Below are positions 10,310-21,700 of a DNA stretch of 64,000 nt, piece after piece (the stretch's first letter is position 1; every line of letters begins with the position of its first letter). Source of the DNA: Tubiluchus corallicola (Eukaryota > Animalia > Priapulida). The notes below the pieces were generated by a model. That model ran no database searches, was not told where the DNA came from, and worked only from the letters and a program-made list of their open reading frames with translations. Location: NCBI GenBank assembly GCA_030141605.1, contig JAQGDQ010002392.1, positions 65,946 through 129,945 on the forward strand, read 5' to 3'. The translations under genes were made by a program, and so were the position numbers.

Positions 10310-13087
10310 TTACAATAAGTTTTTTATTTGTATTCCATTATATTTCTCTTCCTTGCAATTTAACACACAATACTTATACTGCCTCCCACAACCACAAGTC
10401 TTAAATACTTTATGTATTATATCCTTTTGGGCTATTTCGTGTAATTCACTTAACCCTGCCGCAGGACTTCCGCTAGCCTCTCTAGCTATAGGTATTAAAT
10501 TCAACTCGCTTAATTCTCTATTTACATAGCTCCACGCTCCCATATTGATAGGCTCCTCTTGCACCCAATAACAAAAGTCAGTAGATTGAGTGTATTGACT
10601 CAATACTTGCAACAATTCCTGCTTGGGCAAGGGGTGAAGCTGGTCTATACGTATTAAGGCTATATCAGTAGCTTGCAATTCTTCCTTTTTCTCCAATAGT
10701 TCATAGTAAAACTTTCCAGAGCAAAGGATTATTTTTTTAACGTTTTCCGTCTTTACATTGTGGTCATCTGCAATGGCTTGAAACTCTCCTTTTTCCAAAT
10801 CATCAAGAGAAGAAACACATCTTGGATGTCTTAATAAGCTCTTAGGCGTAAATATTATTAAAGGACTTTTTTCCTTTTTATATATTTGTTTTCTCAACAG
10901 GTGAAAGAGATTGGCAGGTGTCGAGCAATTGGCAATAGTCATATTACCATTCGAAGCAAGAGACAAAAAGCGTTCTATCCTAGCGCTAGAATGCTCCGCA
11001 CCTTGTCCTTCGTAACCGTGAGGCAAATACAGTACCAAACCATTTTGCAAGTCCCATTTTTCCTTAGCAGAACTAATATACTGGTCTATGATAACTTGTG
11101 CTACATTATGAAAATCGCCAAATTGTGCCTCCCATATAGTAAGGCCATAAGGTGTAGCGAGAGCATAGCCATAATCAAAACCAAGTACCCCATATTCTGA
11201 CAATAACGAATTGTAAATTTCAAAAGATGCTTGTTTTGAGCTTAAATGCTGTAATGGCGTGTAAGTTTCGTCCGCATCCTCTTGCGTATGAACCGCGTGT
11301 CGATGGGAAAAAGTTCCTCTTTCACAATCTTGACCGCTGATACGCACAGGATGCCCCTCCTCTAGAAGCGAACCATAAGCGAGCAGCTCACACATTGCCC
11401 AGTCCAAAACGTTCTCTTCTATCATTTTATTCCTATCATTGAGCAGTTTCTTTATCTTCTTAAAGAACTTTCTATCCTTTGGCAGGGTATTTATCTTATG
11501 AGCTATTTCTATAAGCTTGCTTTTTTTTACACCCTTTTTTTTGTTTATTAGTTTTGAATGCTCTCCATTTTCTTCCTTCAAGAACGTTTGTATTTGAACT
11601 TTTTGAATCTTTTTAGATTGTTTATACTTCTCATCTAAATAATCATCATATTCTTGTTGAAGTCCCTGTATTTTTTCCTTAGTATATATACTTTCCTTTA
11701 TAAGCTGTTGGCTATAAACATCTCTTGGGTTAGGATGTTTTTTAATGATACTATACAACAATGGTTGCGTAAAACGAGGCTCATCGCCTTCGTTGTGTCC
11801 ATACTTTCGGTAGCCAAGCATATCTATAAATACATCCTTGTTGAACCTTTGCCTAAATTGCATTGCCAACTGTATGGTATAAACGAGAGCCTCCACATCA
11901 TCGGCGTTCACGTGAAATACTGGAGAACGAGTTACTTTTGCTACATCAGTACAATAAGTGCTTGAACGTCCATCTAAATAGTTGGTAGTAAACCCCACCT
12001 GATTGTTGACAATAAGGTGTATTGTCCCTCCCGTTTTATAGCCCTTCAACTGAGACATTTGCACCACTTCATAAACCACACCTTGCCCTGCTATAGCAGC
12101 ATCTCCGTGTATGATAATTGGTATTGCCTTATCTATATCCCCATCATAGCATTTATCTATTCTAGCTCTTGCTATACCTGTTGCTACTGGCCCTACGGCT
12201 TCAAGATGCGAAGGATTAGGAACAAGATTGAGTTTTACCTTCTTATTGTTTCCTGTACTTATTGTGTTACTATACCCCAAATGATATTTTACATCTCCAA
12301 GAGTAATATGCTCTTCATAGTTTTTTCCTTCAAACTCGTGCAAAAGATGTTCTATGGGTTTCTGTATCACATTTGCCAACACATTGAGACGCCCCCTATG
12401 TGGCATCCCTATGATAAATTCCTCTATACCCAGTTCTGCTCCTTTTTCTATAAGAGAATTTAATGCAGGAATAAGGGTCTCCACCCCCTCTATGGAAAAA
12501 CGTTTTTGTCCTACATACTTTTTGTGAATATAGCTTTCAAAGCCCGAAGCCTTTTTCAGTAAATCATATATATGCTTTTTCTGTTGAGGCGTAAAATGAG
12601 GAGTGTTTTTCTCCTTTTCCATTAGTGTTCTCAACCACTTTACTGTTTTAGGTCTTCGCATATAAACATACTCAACCCCTACCGATTTACAGTAAGTAAT
12701 TTGAAGATGCTTGATAATATTTTCAAGTGTTGCCTTCCCTATACCTATAGTTTCACCAGCCATAAACTCCACCTGCAAGTCAGCTTCCGTCAGCCCAAAG
12801 TTTTCTATATCCAATGTAGGTGTATATTGTCTGCGAGTTCTTACAGGGTTGGTTTTGGTAAACAAATGCCCCCTTTGGCGGTAAGCATAGATAAGGTTAA
12901 TGACTTTGAATTCCTTGTTGTCAAAGTCCGTAGCAGGATCAGGATAATGCTGCTGTGCAAACTGAAAGCCTTTGAAAAAATCTGCCCACGACGTTTCTAC
13001 AGATTTAGGGTCTTGTTGATACTGTTTATATAATTCCTCTATCGTTGTAATATCATTATTACTTATGTAGGAATATTTATCGTCCAT
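10310..13087 (-). CDS. sucA: 2-oxoglutarate dehydrogenase E1
   Basis: GQKRFSIEG, GMPHRGRLN, NPSHLE, HGDAAIAGQG, WEAQFGDF, EHSSARIERFL. Confidence 0.97.
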   Translation of the reverse strand: MDDKYSYISNNDITTIEELYKQYQQDPKSVETSWADFFKGFQFAQQHYPDPATDFDNKEFKVINLIYAYRQRGHLFTKTNPVRTRRQYTPTLDIENFGLTEADLQVEFMAGETIGIGKATLENIIKHLQITYCKSVGVEYVYMRRPKTVKWLRTLMEKEKNTPHFTPQQKKHIYDLLKKASGFESYIHKKYVGQKRFSIEGVETLIPALNSLIEKGAELGIEEFIIGMPHRGRLNVLANVIQKPIEHLLHEFEGKNYEEHITLGDVKYHLGYSNTISTGNNKKVKLNLVPNPSHLEAVGPVATGIARARIDKCYDGDIDKAIPIIIHGDAAIAGQGVVYEVVQMSQLKGYKTGGTIHLIVNNQVGFTTNYLDGRSSTYCTDVAKVTRSPVFHVNADDVEALVYTIQLAMQFRQRFNKDVFIDMLGYRKYGHNEGDEPRFTQPLLYSIIKKHPNPRDVYSQQLIKESIYTKEKIQGLQQEYDDYLDEKYKQSKKIQKVQIQTFLKEENGEHSKLINKKKGVKKSKLIEIAHKINTLPKDRKFFKKIKKLLNDRNKMIEENVLDWAMCELLAYGSLLEEGHPVRISGQDCERGTFSHRHAVHTQEDADETYTPLQHLSSKQASFEIYNSLLSEYGVLGFDYGYALATPYGLTIWEAQFGDFHNVAQVIIDQYISSAKEKWDLQNGLVLYLPHGYEGQGAEHSSARIERFLSLASNGNMTIANCSTPANLFHLLRKQIYKKEKSPLIIFTPKSLLRHPRCVSSLDDLEKGEFQAIADDHNVKTENVKKIILCSGKFYYELLEKKEELQATDIALIRIDQLHPLPKQELLQVLSQYTQSTDFCYWVQEEPINMGAWSYVNRELSELNLIPIAREASGSPAAGLSELHEIAQKDIIHKVFKTCGCGRQYKYCVLNCKEEKYNGIQIKNLL

Positions 13088-13214
13088 TTTTAGCTAAATA
13101 GTATAGTTTTTTTGACTATTCCTTTTTTTGATACATAAGAGAATTTTGACTTAAAAACAATAATGTAGAGAGTCATATATTTATGGCTATATCTTTTAAA
13201 TATATTATAACACA

Positions 13215-14606
13215 TTATATATGTATCACTTCTCCATAAGCAGCAGCAGCAGCTTCCATTATAGCTTCACTCATTGTGGGGTGTGGATGTATAGACTTTA
13301 TCATTTCTTGCCCCGTAGTTTCAAGATTACGAGCCACCACTATTTCCGCTATCATTTCTGTTACATTTGCCCCTATCATATGAGCTCCTATCAGCTCGCC
13401 ATATTTACTATCAAAAATCAGTTTTATAAATCCCTCTTTATGTCCTGCAGCACTAGCTTTCCCTGATGCAGTAAAGGGAAACTTTCCTACCTTTATGTCT
13501 AAGCCTTGCTCCTTAGCCTTTTGCTCTGTAAGTCCCACAGATGCTACTTCTGGAGAGGTATATACGCAGCCAGGTATATTGTCGTAACGAACAACTGGAG
13601 GGTTGTGCCCTGCTATCTTCTCTACACAGGTAATGCCCTCTGCCGATGCTACGTGTGCAAGTGCAGGAGTATCTATCACATCTCCTATAGCATAAACGCC
13701 CTCTACATTCGTCTTATAATAATCGTCTACTTTTATTTTCCCATTCTCTACTTGTATTCCTAACTCTTCTAAGCCTATATTTTCTATATTAGGAGCTATT
13801 CCCACTGCCGAAAGCACAATTTCTGCTTCGTGTGTTTCTTCTCCTTTGGGTGTTTTTACAGTTATTTTACATTGATTTCCAGTGGTATCTACCTTCTCTA
13901 CTGCTGATTGAGTCAGAACTTTAATACCTTGTTTTTTAAAAGATTTTTCAATCTCTTTTGAAACATCTTTATCTTCTATTGGCATAATATTAGGCATATA
14001 CTCTACAAGTGTTACCTCCGTGCCTATAGCATTATAAAAATAGGCAAATTCGCTTCCTATGGCTCCCGACCCTACTATAAGCATTGTTTTAGGTTGCTTT
14101 TTAAGAGATAAAGCTTGCTTATATCCTATTATTTTTTTACCATCTTGCGATAGGTTAGGCAGTTCACGAGACCTAGCTCCAGTAGCTATCACTATGTGCT
14201 TAGCAGTGTATTCTTTTACCCCTCCCTCACTTTCTGCCACCTCTACAGTATTATTACTTTTTAACTTTCCTACACCTCTAATATGCTCTATTTTATTCTT
14301 TTTGAACAAAAATTGTATTCCCTTGCTCATACCATCAGCAACGCCTCTACTTCTTCTTACCACTTTCTCAAAATCAGCTTTAGCTTCTCCTTTTATCTCT
14401 ATCCCATAGTCAGAAGCATGTTGCATATAACTATACACTTGGGCACTCTTCAATAAAGATTTAGTGGGAATACACCCCCAGTTAAGGCAAATACCTCCAA
14501 GGTGAGTAGATTCTACAACTGCCACTTTCATCCCAAGCTGCGAAGCTCTAATAGCCGTAACATACCCTCCAGGACCACTTCCTATTATTATTATATCATA
14601 ATTCAT
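13215..14606 (-). CDS. lpdA: Dihydrolipoyl dehydrogenase (E3)
   Basis: GSGPGGY, GGICLNWGCIPTK, HPHPTMSE. Confidence 0.97.
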   Translation of the reverse strand: MNYDIIIIGSGPGGYVTAIRASQLGMKVAVVESTHLGGICLNWGCIPTKSLLKSAQVYSYMQHASDYGIEIKGEAKADFEKVVRRSRGVADGMSKGIQFLFKKNKIEHIRGVGKLKSNNTVEVAESEGGVKEYTAKHIVIATGARSRELPNLSQDGKKIIGYKQALSLKKQPKTMLIVGSGAIGSEFAYFYNAIGTEVTLVEYMPNIMPIEDKDVSKEIEKSFKKQGIKVLTQSAVEKVDTTGNQCKITVKTPKGEETHEAEIVLSAVGIAPNIENIGLEELGIQVENGKIKVDDYYKTNVEGVYAIGDVIDTPALAHVASAEGITCVEKIAGHNPPVVRYDNIPGCVYTSPEVASVGLTEQKAKEQGLDIKVGKFPFTASGKASAAGHKEGFIKLIFDSKYGELIGAHMIGANVTEMIAEIVVARNLETTGQEMIKSIHPHPTMSEAIMEAAAAAYGEVIHI

Positions 14607-14693
14607 TGCTGATAACTGTTTTTTATGATTACTGATTAGTTCCTTTAAAATACAAATATATCAATCCTATTTATATTTCCATATTTTTTTCTT

Positions 14694-15737
14694 TTATCTT
14701 CTTTTGGGATATGAAGGATTTTGGGTTCCAAAACCTTGAGTAGGGCAAGGAATAGGAAGTCCAATTTTCTTTCTTTCATCTGTTCTAAAGCTATAAGTAA
14801 GCACTATCTCGTGTGACCCCCCTGTTTCCCTTGCTATATTAGAGAGTGTAAAATCATAACTGTACGACACTCTAAGTTTCGTCCACGCATAACCAAATAT
14901 TACTATTAGAGCCTCACCTGTAAATGAGCTAACGCCATCAGCTTTATTAGCAGGTATTCCCCTATACCAAAGCCCAATATCTACATTGTTATAATTATAA
15001 TATGTTCCTAGACTAAGTTGGTTGTAATCGCCCTGATGCCAATAAGTAAAAGCAGCTGTTATACTTTTTTTTGTTGCTTGAGAGAAATATGAAGTGGGTG
15101 ACAAGTTAAACTTCCATCCTCCAAGAAACGACACCTTCACAGGCAATGAGCTTTCTATACCAGAAACACTTGTTTCTGTTTGAGTAAGATGTTTAAAACT
15201 TAGCCCCACCCAGTAGTCGGGAGAATAAACTAGCGCAGATACAGAAGCATCAAAGAAGTTTCTATTTTCTATCTCCAAAGATTCTACCGAGCCATCTAAA
15301 ATATCTCCATCTTCGGTTATTTGGTCTCCAAAGATTAATTCCGAATTGTTCAAATTACCATGAGTAAAAGATAACTCCAATCCCGGGCGAAAATAAAGGT
15401 CTTTCCCTATTTTTATGTTATAAGAATATTGTCCAGTCAAGCTAGTATTGCTTAATACTCCTGCTCTATCACTCATTATAACAAATCCCACACCACTATT
15501 AATATTCGGATAATAAGTATCAAACGACAATATATCCGTAGAGAAAGAAGTAGAAAGCCCCGCCCATTGCTCCCTATGACTTAATATAAGTCTTGGCACA
15601 TCGTACAGCCCAGCAAAAGAAGGTGCAAGATAAAGAGGCTGTGCATAATACTGGGATATAATAGGATCTTGGGTATATCCGTCATTAACCTTAAAAATTA
15701 AAATAGGAAGTAATAATAGTATAATTTTTTTTTCCAT
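14694..15737 (-). CDS. PorP/SprF family T9SS outer-membrane protein
   Basis: QDPxxSQYY..PLYLAPSFAG, REQW, YSYDFTLS, GGSHEI; lies directly downstream of a type-B CTD gene. Confidence 0.92.
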   Translation of the reverse strand: MEKKIILLLLPILIFKVNDGYTQDPIISQYYAQPLYLAPSFAGLYDVPRLILSHREQWAGLSTSFSTDILSFDTYYPNINSGVGFVIMSDRAGVLSNTSLTGQYSYNIKIGKDLYFRPGLELSFTHGNLNNSELIFGDQITEDGDILDGSVESLEIENRNFFDASVSALVYSPDYWVGLSFKHLTQTETSVSGIESSLPVKVSFLGGWKFNLSPTSYFSQATKKSITAAFTYWHQGDYNQLSLGTYYNYNNVDIGLWYRGIPANKADGVSSFTGEALIVIFGYAWTKLRVSYSYDFTLSNIARETGGSHEIVLTYSFRTDERKKIGLPIPCPTQGFGTQNPSYPKRR

Positions 15738-15776
15738 TCTAAAAGTAAACCTAGTTATACCAATCCTTTTATGTTT

Positions 15777-18700
15777 TTACTGATTATATATCAACAAAAT
15801 CTCTCCCGTTTTCATAAATCTGGTATCATTCTCAAATTTACCTTCAGCCTTCCAGATATAAACACCCTCTGGCAACAATCTTCCATTATAGTATCCATCC
15901 CACCCAATGTTTATATCTTTTGTTTGAAATACCAATTGCCCCCATCTATTATATATATACAAACGATACTCTTTGACATCTCTGGCAACTGGATAAAAAA
16001 CTTCGTTAGAAACATCATCTTTCTGGTATGCTCCACCACTACCTCCAGATAAATTAGGAGTAAATGAATTAGGAAATACAATATAACCACCTGCCCTTAC
16101 TTCTACAAATTGCTCTTTAGACAATGAATCTACGCATCCTTTTTCTGTCTCTATTGTCAATTTTATATCAAAGATGCCTGATTTTTGATATATGTGAATA
16201 GGATTATCTTGTGTAGAAGTATTTCCATCTCCAAACTCCCAGAAAGACTTACCTACATTAGTTGATAAGTTAAGAAAACGAACTTTTGTGTCATTTTCGT
16301 ATACCTCCTGAGGGGTAGCATCGAAGTTTACAACTGGTTTATAAAATACATCCACTTCTTGTTGTGTTTCTGTATATATATCTTCTTTATTATAGGAACC
16401 TAATTTCACGATATAAATTCCTCCTTCTGTATAGGTATGTATTGGATTTCTTTCTGAAGAAGTTGCTCCATCTCCAAAATCCCATATGAAATTATCTGCA
16501 TTTTCCGACGTGTTATTAAACCATACTGTAAGCTCTGCACAACCTTCTGGTTCTTCTGGAGTAAATTCTAAAGTTGGAAGCTGTGAGTAAAATATTTTCA
16601 CAGTATCACTTGATATACAGTTATTGTTATCTATTGTCCAAATAAATGAATTTACCCCCACATTCAAGTTAAACACCTCTGTTTCATAATTATTAGGTGC
16701 ATCTATAACAATATCTGCATTTAAAGTTGTCCAAATTCCTGTATTCTCTGGAACAAAGTTAGCTCTTAACATTACTGTTGGCTCTGTTACAAGTCTATCT
16801 TCCCCTGCATCAACCGCTGCTTTATTACTTGTTATTGTAACAAGATCACTCGAAGAACAATCTCCATTACTAATAGTCCATTCTATAATATTCTCTCCAT
16901 AATTTATGTCATATGCCATTGTATTAAAGACACTGCGGTCTTCAAATTTCATACTACCTCTTACGACATTCCATTCTCCTTGTTCTCCTGCATCTGGAGG
17001 GTTACCAAACAATTGCGTTTCTTCAGCACATAGAGAAAGTTGGTCCTCTCCTGCATCAGACACAACAGTAGAATTATTTGTTATCACTACCTCATCATAT
17101 ACGCTACATCCATCTGGTGAACTTACTTCCCATCGGAATGTATTAGTGCCTCTTGCAATACCTGAAACTTTAGTAGTATATTGATCATCATCAGCAATTG
17201 TTGCAGAACCTCCTACTACTGTCCATTCGCCTGTAGAATTGGAAGTAGGCGGAATAGCTATAGCTGATAATGTGGAAATATCAGAACATATTCTCTTATC
17301 AGCTTCTACTACTGCTGGTGCTGGAGCATAGCTTGTAATAGTTAGAGTATCATATGACGAGCATTCTTCTTTAGTTACACCCCACCGTAACACATTATCT
17401 CCATACGAAAGGCTACGTACTATAGTTGAATTATCGTTCACATCGTCAAATCTTCCCTCGCTACTTATTGTTTCCCATTTTCCAATACCAAAAAGCGGTT
17501 CAACAGCTCTTAACTGGAATGTGTCGGCACATATTGTTTCATCAAAGCCAGCATTAGCATCCGAAGTTTTATTATTGGTTATTATCACTTCATCTACTGA
17601 CTCGCACAAATTATGGGTAACTATCCACTGAAAACTATTATTTCCCAAAGCTAGTAAGTCCACCTTAGAATTAGGCAGACTTGGGTCTGCTACCACTGCT
17701 GTTGAAAGAGATTGCCATTCGCCTGTTCCTATTAGCGGAGGCTCAGCATTCAAACCAGCTGTATCTGTACAAACACTAAAGTTAGCTCCTGCACTTGCCT
17801 CAGTAGGGGCATCATTGGTAATTGTTATATTATCTTCATCTCTACAGCTACCTTTTTCCATTATCCAGCGTATAACATTATCACCTTTTGCTAAATTTCT
17901 TGCAAAAGTTATAGAGGAATTAGGAGAGTCAAATTCTATCTCTCCTGAACCAACCCACGTTCCCTCGGCTCCACCCGATAGAGAATTATTAGCTTTCAGC
18001 GTTACGCTATCTTCGCAAATAGTTCTATCCTGGCCAGCATCTGCTACTACAGTGTTATTAGTAATAGTAATAGCATCGGTCGAATAACAAGTTAAAGTAC
18101 CACTTGACTTACTAATAGTCCAGGTATAAATATTTTCGGTATTTCTTGCCAAGTTCCTTACCTTTGTATTATATAGATTTTCATCTACAAAATCCCCTGC
18201 TCCATTCGCTATTGACCATAAGCCTTGTTCTTCTCCTGGTGTAGGTTCATTAGCATATAACACTATAGAATCTTCACATATTTCTACATCTATACCTCCA
18301 CCTCCTGCATCCGCAACAGTAGGCTTATTGTTTACAACAATCATCGTATCCCGAGAAATACAATCTATATTCTTTATCTCCCACACAAGATAATTTTCAC
18401 CTTTACGTAAGTTTCTTGCTGTTGTATTAGGCAAAGAGGGTTCATCAAAACTTGCTATGCCCAATCCACCTGCAACAGACCACTGACCCTCTCCAGGGAA
18501 AGGATTATTAGCTGTTACTGGTGTAAAATCTTCACAAATTGTAAAATCTACGCCCGTACTAGCATTTACATAGTTATAATTTATTACTACGTCATCATAC
18601 AATGAGCAAGTTTTTGTATATGAACCTATTGTATCAGAATTATAACTTGTCCATCTCATAGTATTACTCCCCAATGCTAGGTCTCTTACCATAGTTGTAG

Positions 18701-21700
18701 CGTCATTTTTATCGTCAAAAAATGCCGTAGGACTAGTAGTAGTCCATTCCCCATATGTTATATTTATGATGTTTCCTTGCATTTTCACAGAATCCTTGCA
18801 TACTGCTAAAGTATCTAGTCCTAAAAAAGGAACATCTGGCAAACTATTTATTACCGTAGCCGTATCAGATGATGTGCAAGTATTATTGCCCTCTGAGAGA
18901 ACTACTTCCCATACAAACTCATTTATCCCTTGCCTTATATTAGTGGCAGTATTTTCCTCAAAATCAGCTCCGCCTGAAGGAACTTTCCATTCCCCTTTTC
19001 CATAAACAGGTATTTCAACAGCCAAAGTCAGCTCATCGCTACACATAATAACTGTGTCTGGACTTGTAATAACAGCCTTACTAGGTTGCAAGTTTCGAAC
19101 TACGAGCGTATCCTTAGAAGAACAATTATTATGACTTGTAGTCCATACAAATTTATTTTCCCCTCTTTGTAAGTTATAAATCTTTGTAACATTAGTATCA
19201 GGATCGCTAAATGCTCCTGAACCAGCAATAGTAGTCCATCTACCCGTTCCTTTGTCCACTTTTCCAGCATACAGACCTGTGCTATCTTCACAAACTACTT
19301 TATCAGCCTCTACATTAGCAGCCGTTGGCATATCATTAATTATAACTACCGTATCATATAGCTCGTATCCTGCTCCTAGGTCTATAGTCCACCTTAAAAT
19401 ATTAGAATCTGGCGCTAAACCATAAATTCTTGCATTATGGCTCTTGTCATCACCATCTTCAAAGGAAACAGTTCCTTCTATCACACTCCAAAAGCCAAAA
19501 GTACCTGGAGGTGGTTCCGTTGCTTGCAGAACATATTTATCATCGCATATACTTACATCGTTTCCTGCATTTACATCAATTGCTTCTCCTGCTTGGATTA
19601 TTATTTCGTCGCTACTTTTACAACCACTTCTTTCTATAGTCCATTCCAAAACAGTAATATTCTTTCAAATCTGATACCTGTGTATCATGCTGTGTTTCGT
19701 CGCTAAAAGTTGCTTGCCCAGAAACAATTTTCCATTCTCCTGTTTCTATTCCAGAAATTGGGGGATTAGCCCGCATAGTCTCTACAGTACTTGGAGATAT
19801 GTCAAGCATTCCATTATGATCAAGCTGGAATGTCCCCACAGCATCAGCAATAGTAGGTTTGTTGTTAGTTATTACAACTGTATCAGAGCTAAGACAACCA
19901 TTTTTTGTTATTTCCCATTTATAAACATTTCTTCCTATGCCTGGACCAACAGTAGTATTATAAAGCGTATTATCGTCAAAATTAGCACTTCCAAATTGAA
20001 CTGTCCATCTTCCTGTTGTTCCAGCAGGGGGCTCCATTGCATTAAGCTTTGTAGTATTTGTACAAATAGTTTGGCCTTCTCCTGCATCAACCTTCAAAGC
20101 ATTATTATAAATAACTACATCAGAGCTGTTTATACAACCTTCATTTTCTACCTTCCATCGTATCATATTTTCTCCGTATGCCAAATTAGATACCGTAGTA
20201 TGGGTTGTATCAGCCCTAGGTGAGAAATCTCCTCCTCCTTTTATTATTTCCCAACTACCCGAAGCTGAAGTTGATTGAGATTGGATATCAGGTGCAGCCA
20301 GATTGTAGGGAGCATCACATACTTCGGCATAGGAGGGAGTAACATCAACATTTATAAACCTATTATCAATAATTACAGTATCTTGCGTTTCACAAGAACC
20401 ATTATTTAAACCTACTGTCCAAATAAAGGTATTATCTCCCTGTCCTAAATTTTCCGCATCTGTCTCATTGTTAAAGTTATCCACAATATAAGCATTAGAA
20501 CCTGCTCCCAAACTCCAAATTCCATAACTTTTATTAGTAGACAAAGCTCGTGCCTTCAAACGAACAACACTCCCATCACATACATAATCTGGATTATCAG
20601 GGGCGACATTTGCTTCATCATAATACACATACACAGAATCTAGATATGTGCATTTTTTTCCCACTCCCCCTTCCACTGTCCAAAACATTTTATTTGCCCC
20701 AATCTTCATATCTGTTATATTTGCCGTAGGTAAATTCTCTTCACCAGTAGCAAGTGTAACATTACCTTCAGCCACACTCCACGTTCCCAAAGCGGGTGAA
20801 GGGTCTAAAGCGTTTAATTGAAGTGTGTTTTGACACGAAAATATTGTATCTCCTGCCTCTACTGTTGTCTGATGGTTATACACTTTTACCGTATCTGTAG
20901 AGCTAAAACCATTTAGATTGACAGTCCACACAAAAATATTTTCCACTGATCCGCTAAGACCTGTTACCTTTACTTCGTTGTTAGCTGGATCTCCATCAAA
21001 CATTCCGCCACCGTATGCTATTGTCCAAGAACCATTAGCTCCTGACTCAGCTGCTAATGGTTCTGCCCTTAACACTACTTCACCGTCGCAAACAGAGTCT
21101 TCTTTTACTAAAACTTTTGCTCTGTCATAGAAAACAAAAACACTATCACTATTTTGACAAGAACCATCTGTAATAACCCATTCTAACTTATGCTTTCCTG
21201 GACTAATATCAGAAACTATTGGATCAGGAATTTCATAGTCGCTCAATTTCAGAGAACCTTGAACATTCCACCTAGCTGCTGAAGTTACTAATGATGGAGG
21301 AACAGCTCCTAGCTGCCCTGTTTGTCCTTCCCCACAAATATACAAGTCATTCCCTGCATCGGCAATCAGCTCCCTATTATAAACACCAATAGTATCAGCG
21401 GATACACAACCTCTATTATTACGTGTAAAAGCTATATCAGTTTCTCCTGGTAGCAAGATTACAGAATATACAGAATCGTTGCGGATAACCTCACTTTGTA
21501 TACCAGCACCACCAGCTACAGACCAATCAGAAAAAACACCATTCACCTTTGGAGCCTCTGCTTTAATCACTATGCTTCCATCACAAATAGTGTCTACGTT
21601 CTTAAAAAGAATTGCTTGGTCGTGATAAATAGTATCATATGCTGTTGAATTACAGTTATCCTTGCTTACTTGCCAGCTGTAAACATTTGTACCAAACTCT

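Noticed and set aside
19640-19680. Programmed -1 ribosomal frameshift or homopolymer phase variation in the giant gene
   Set aside because: The needed shift is +1/-2; there is no X XXY YYZ heptamer or long simple repeat at the junction.
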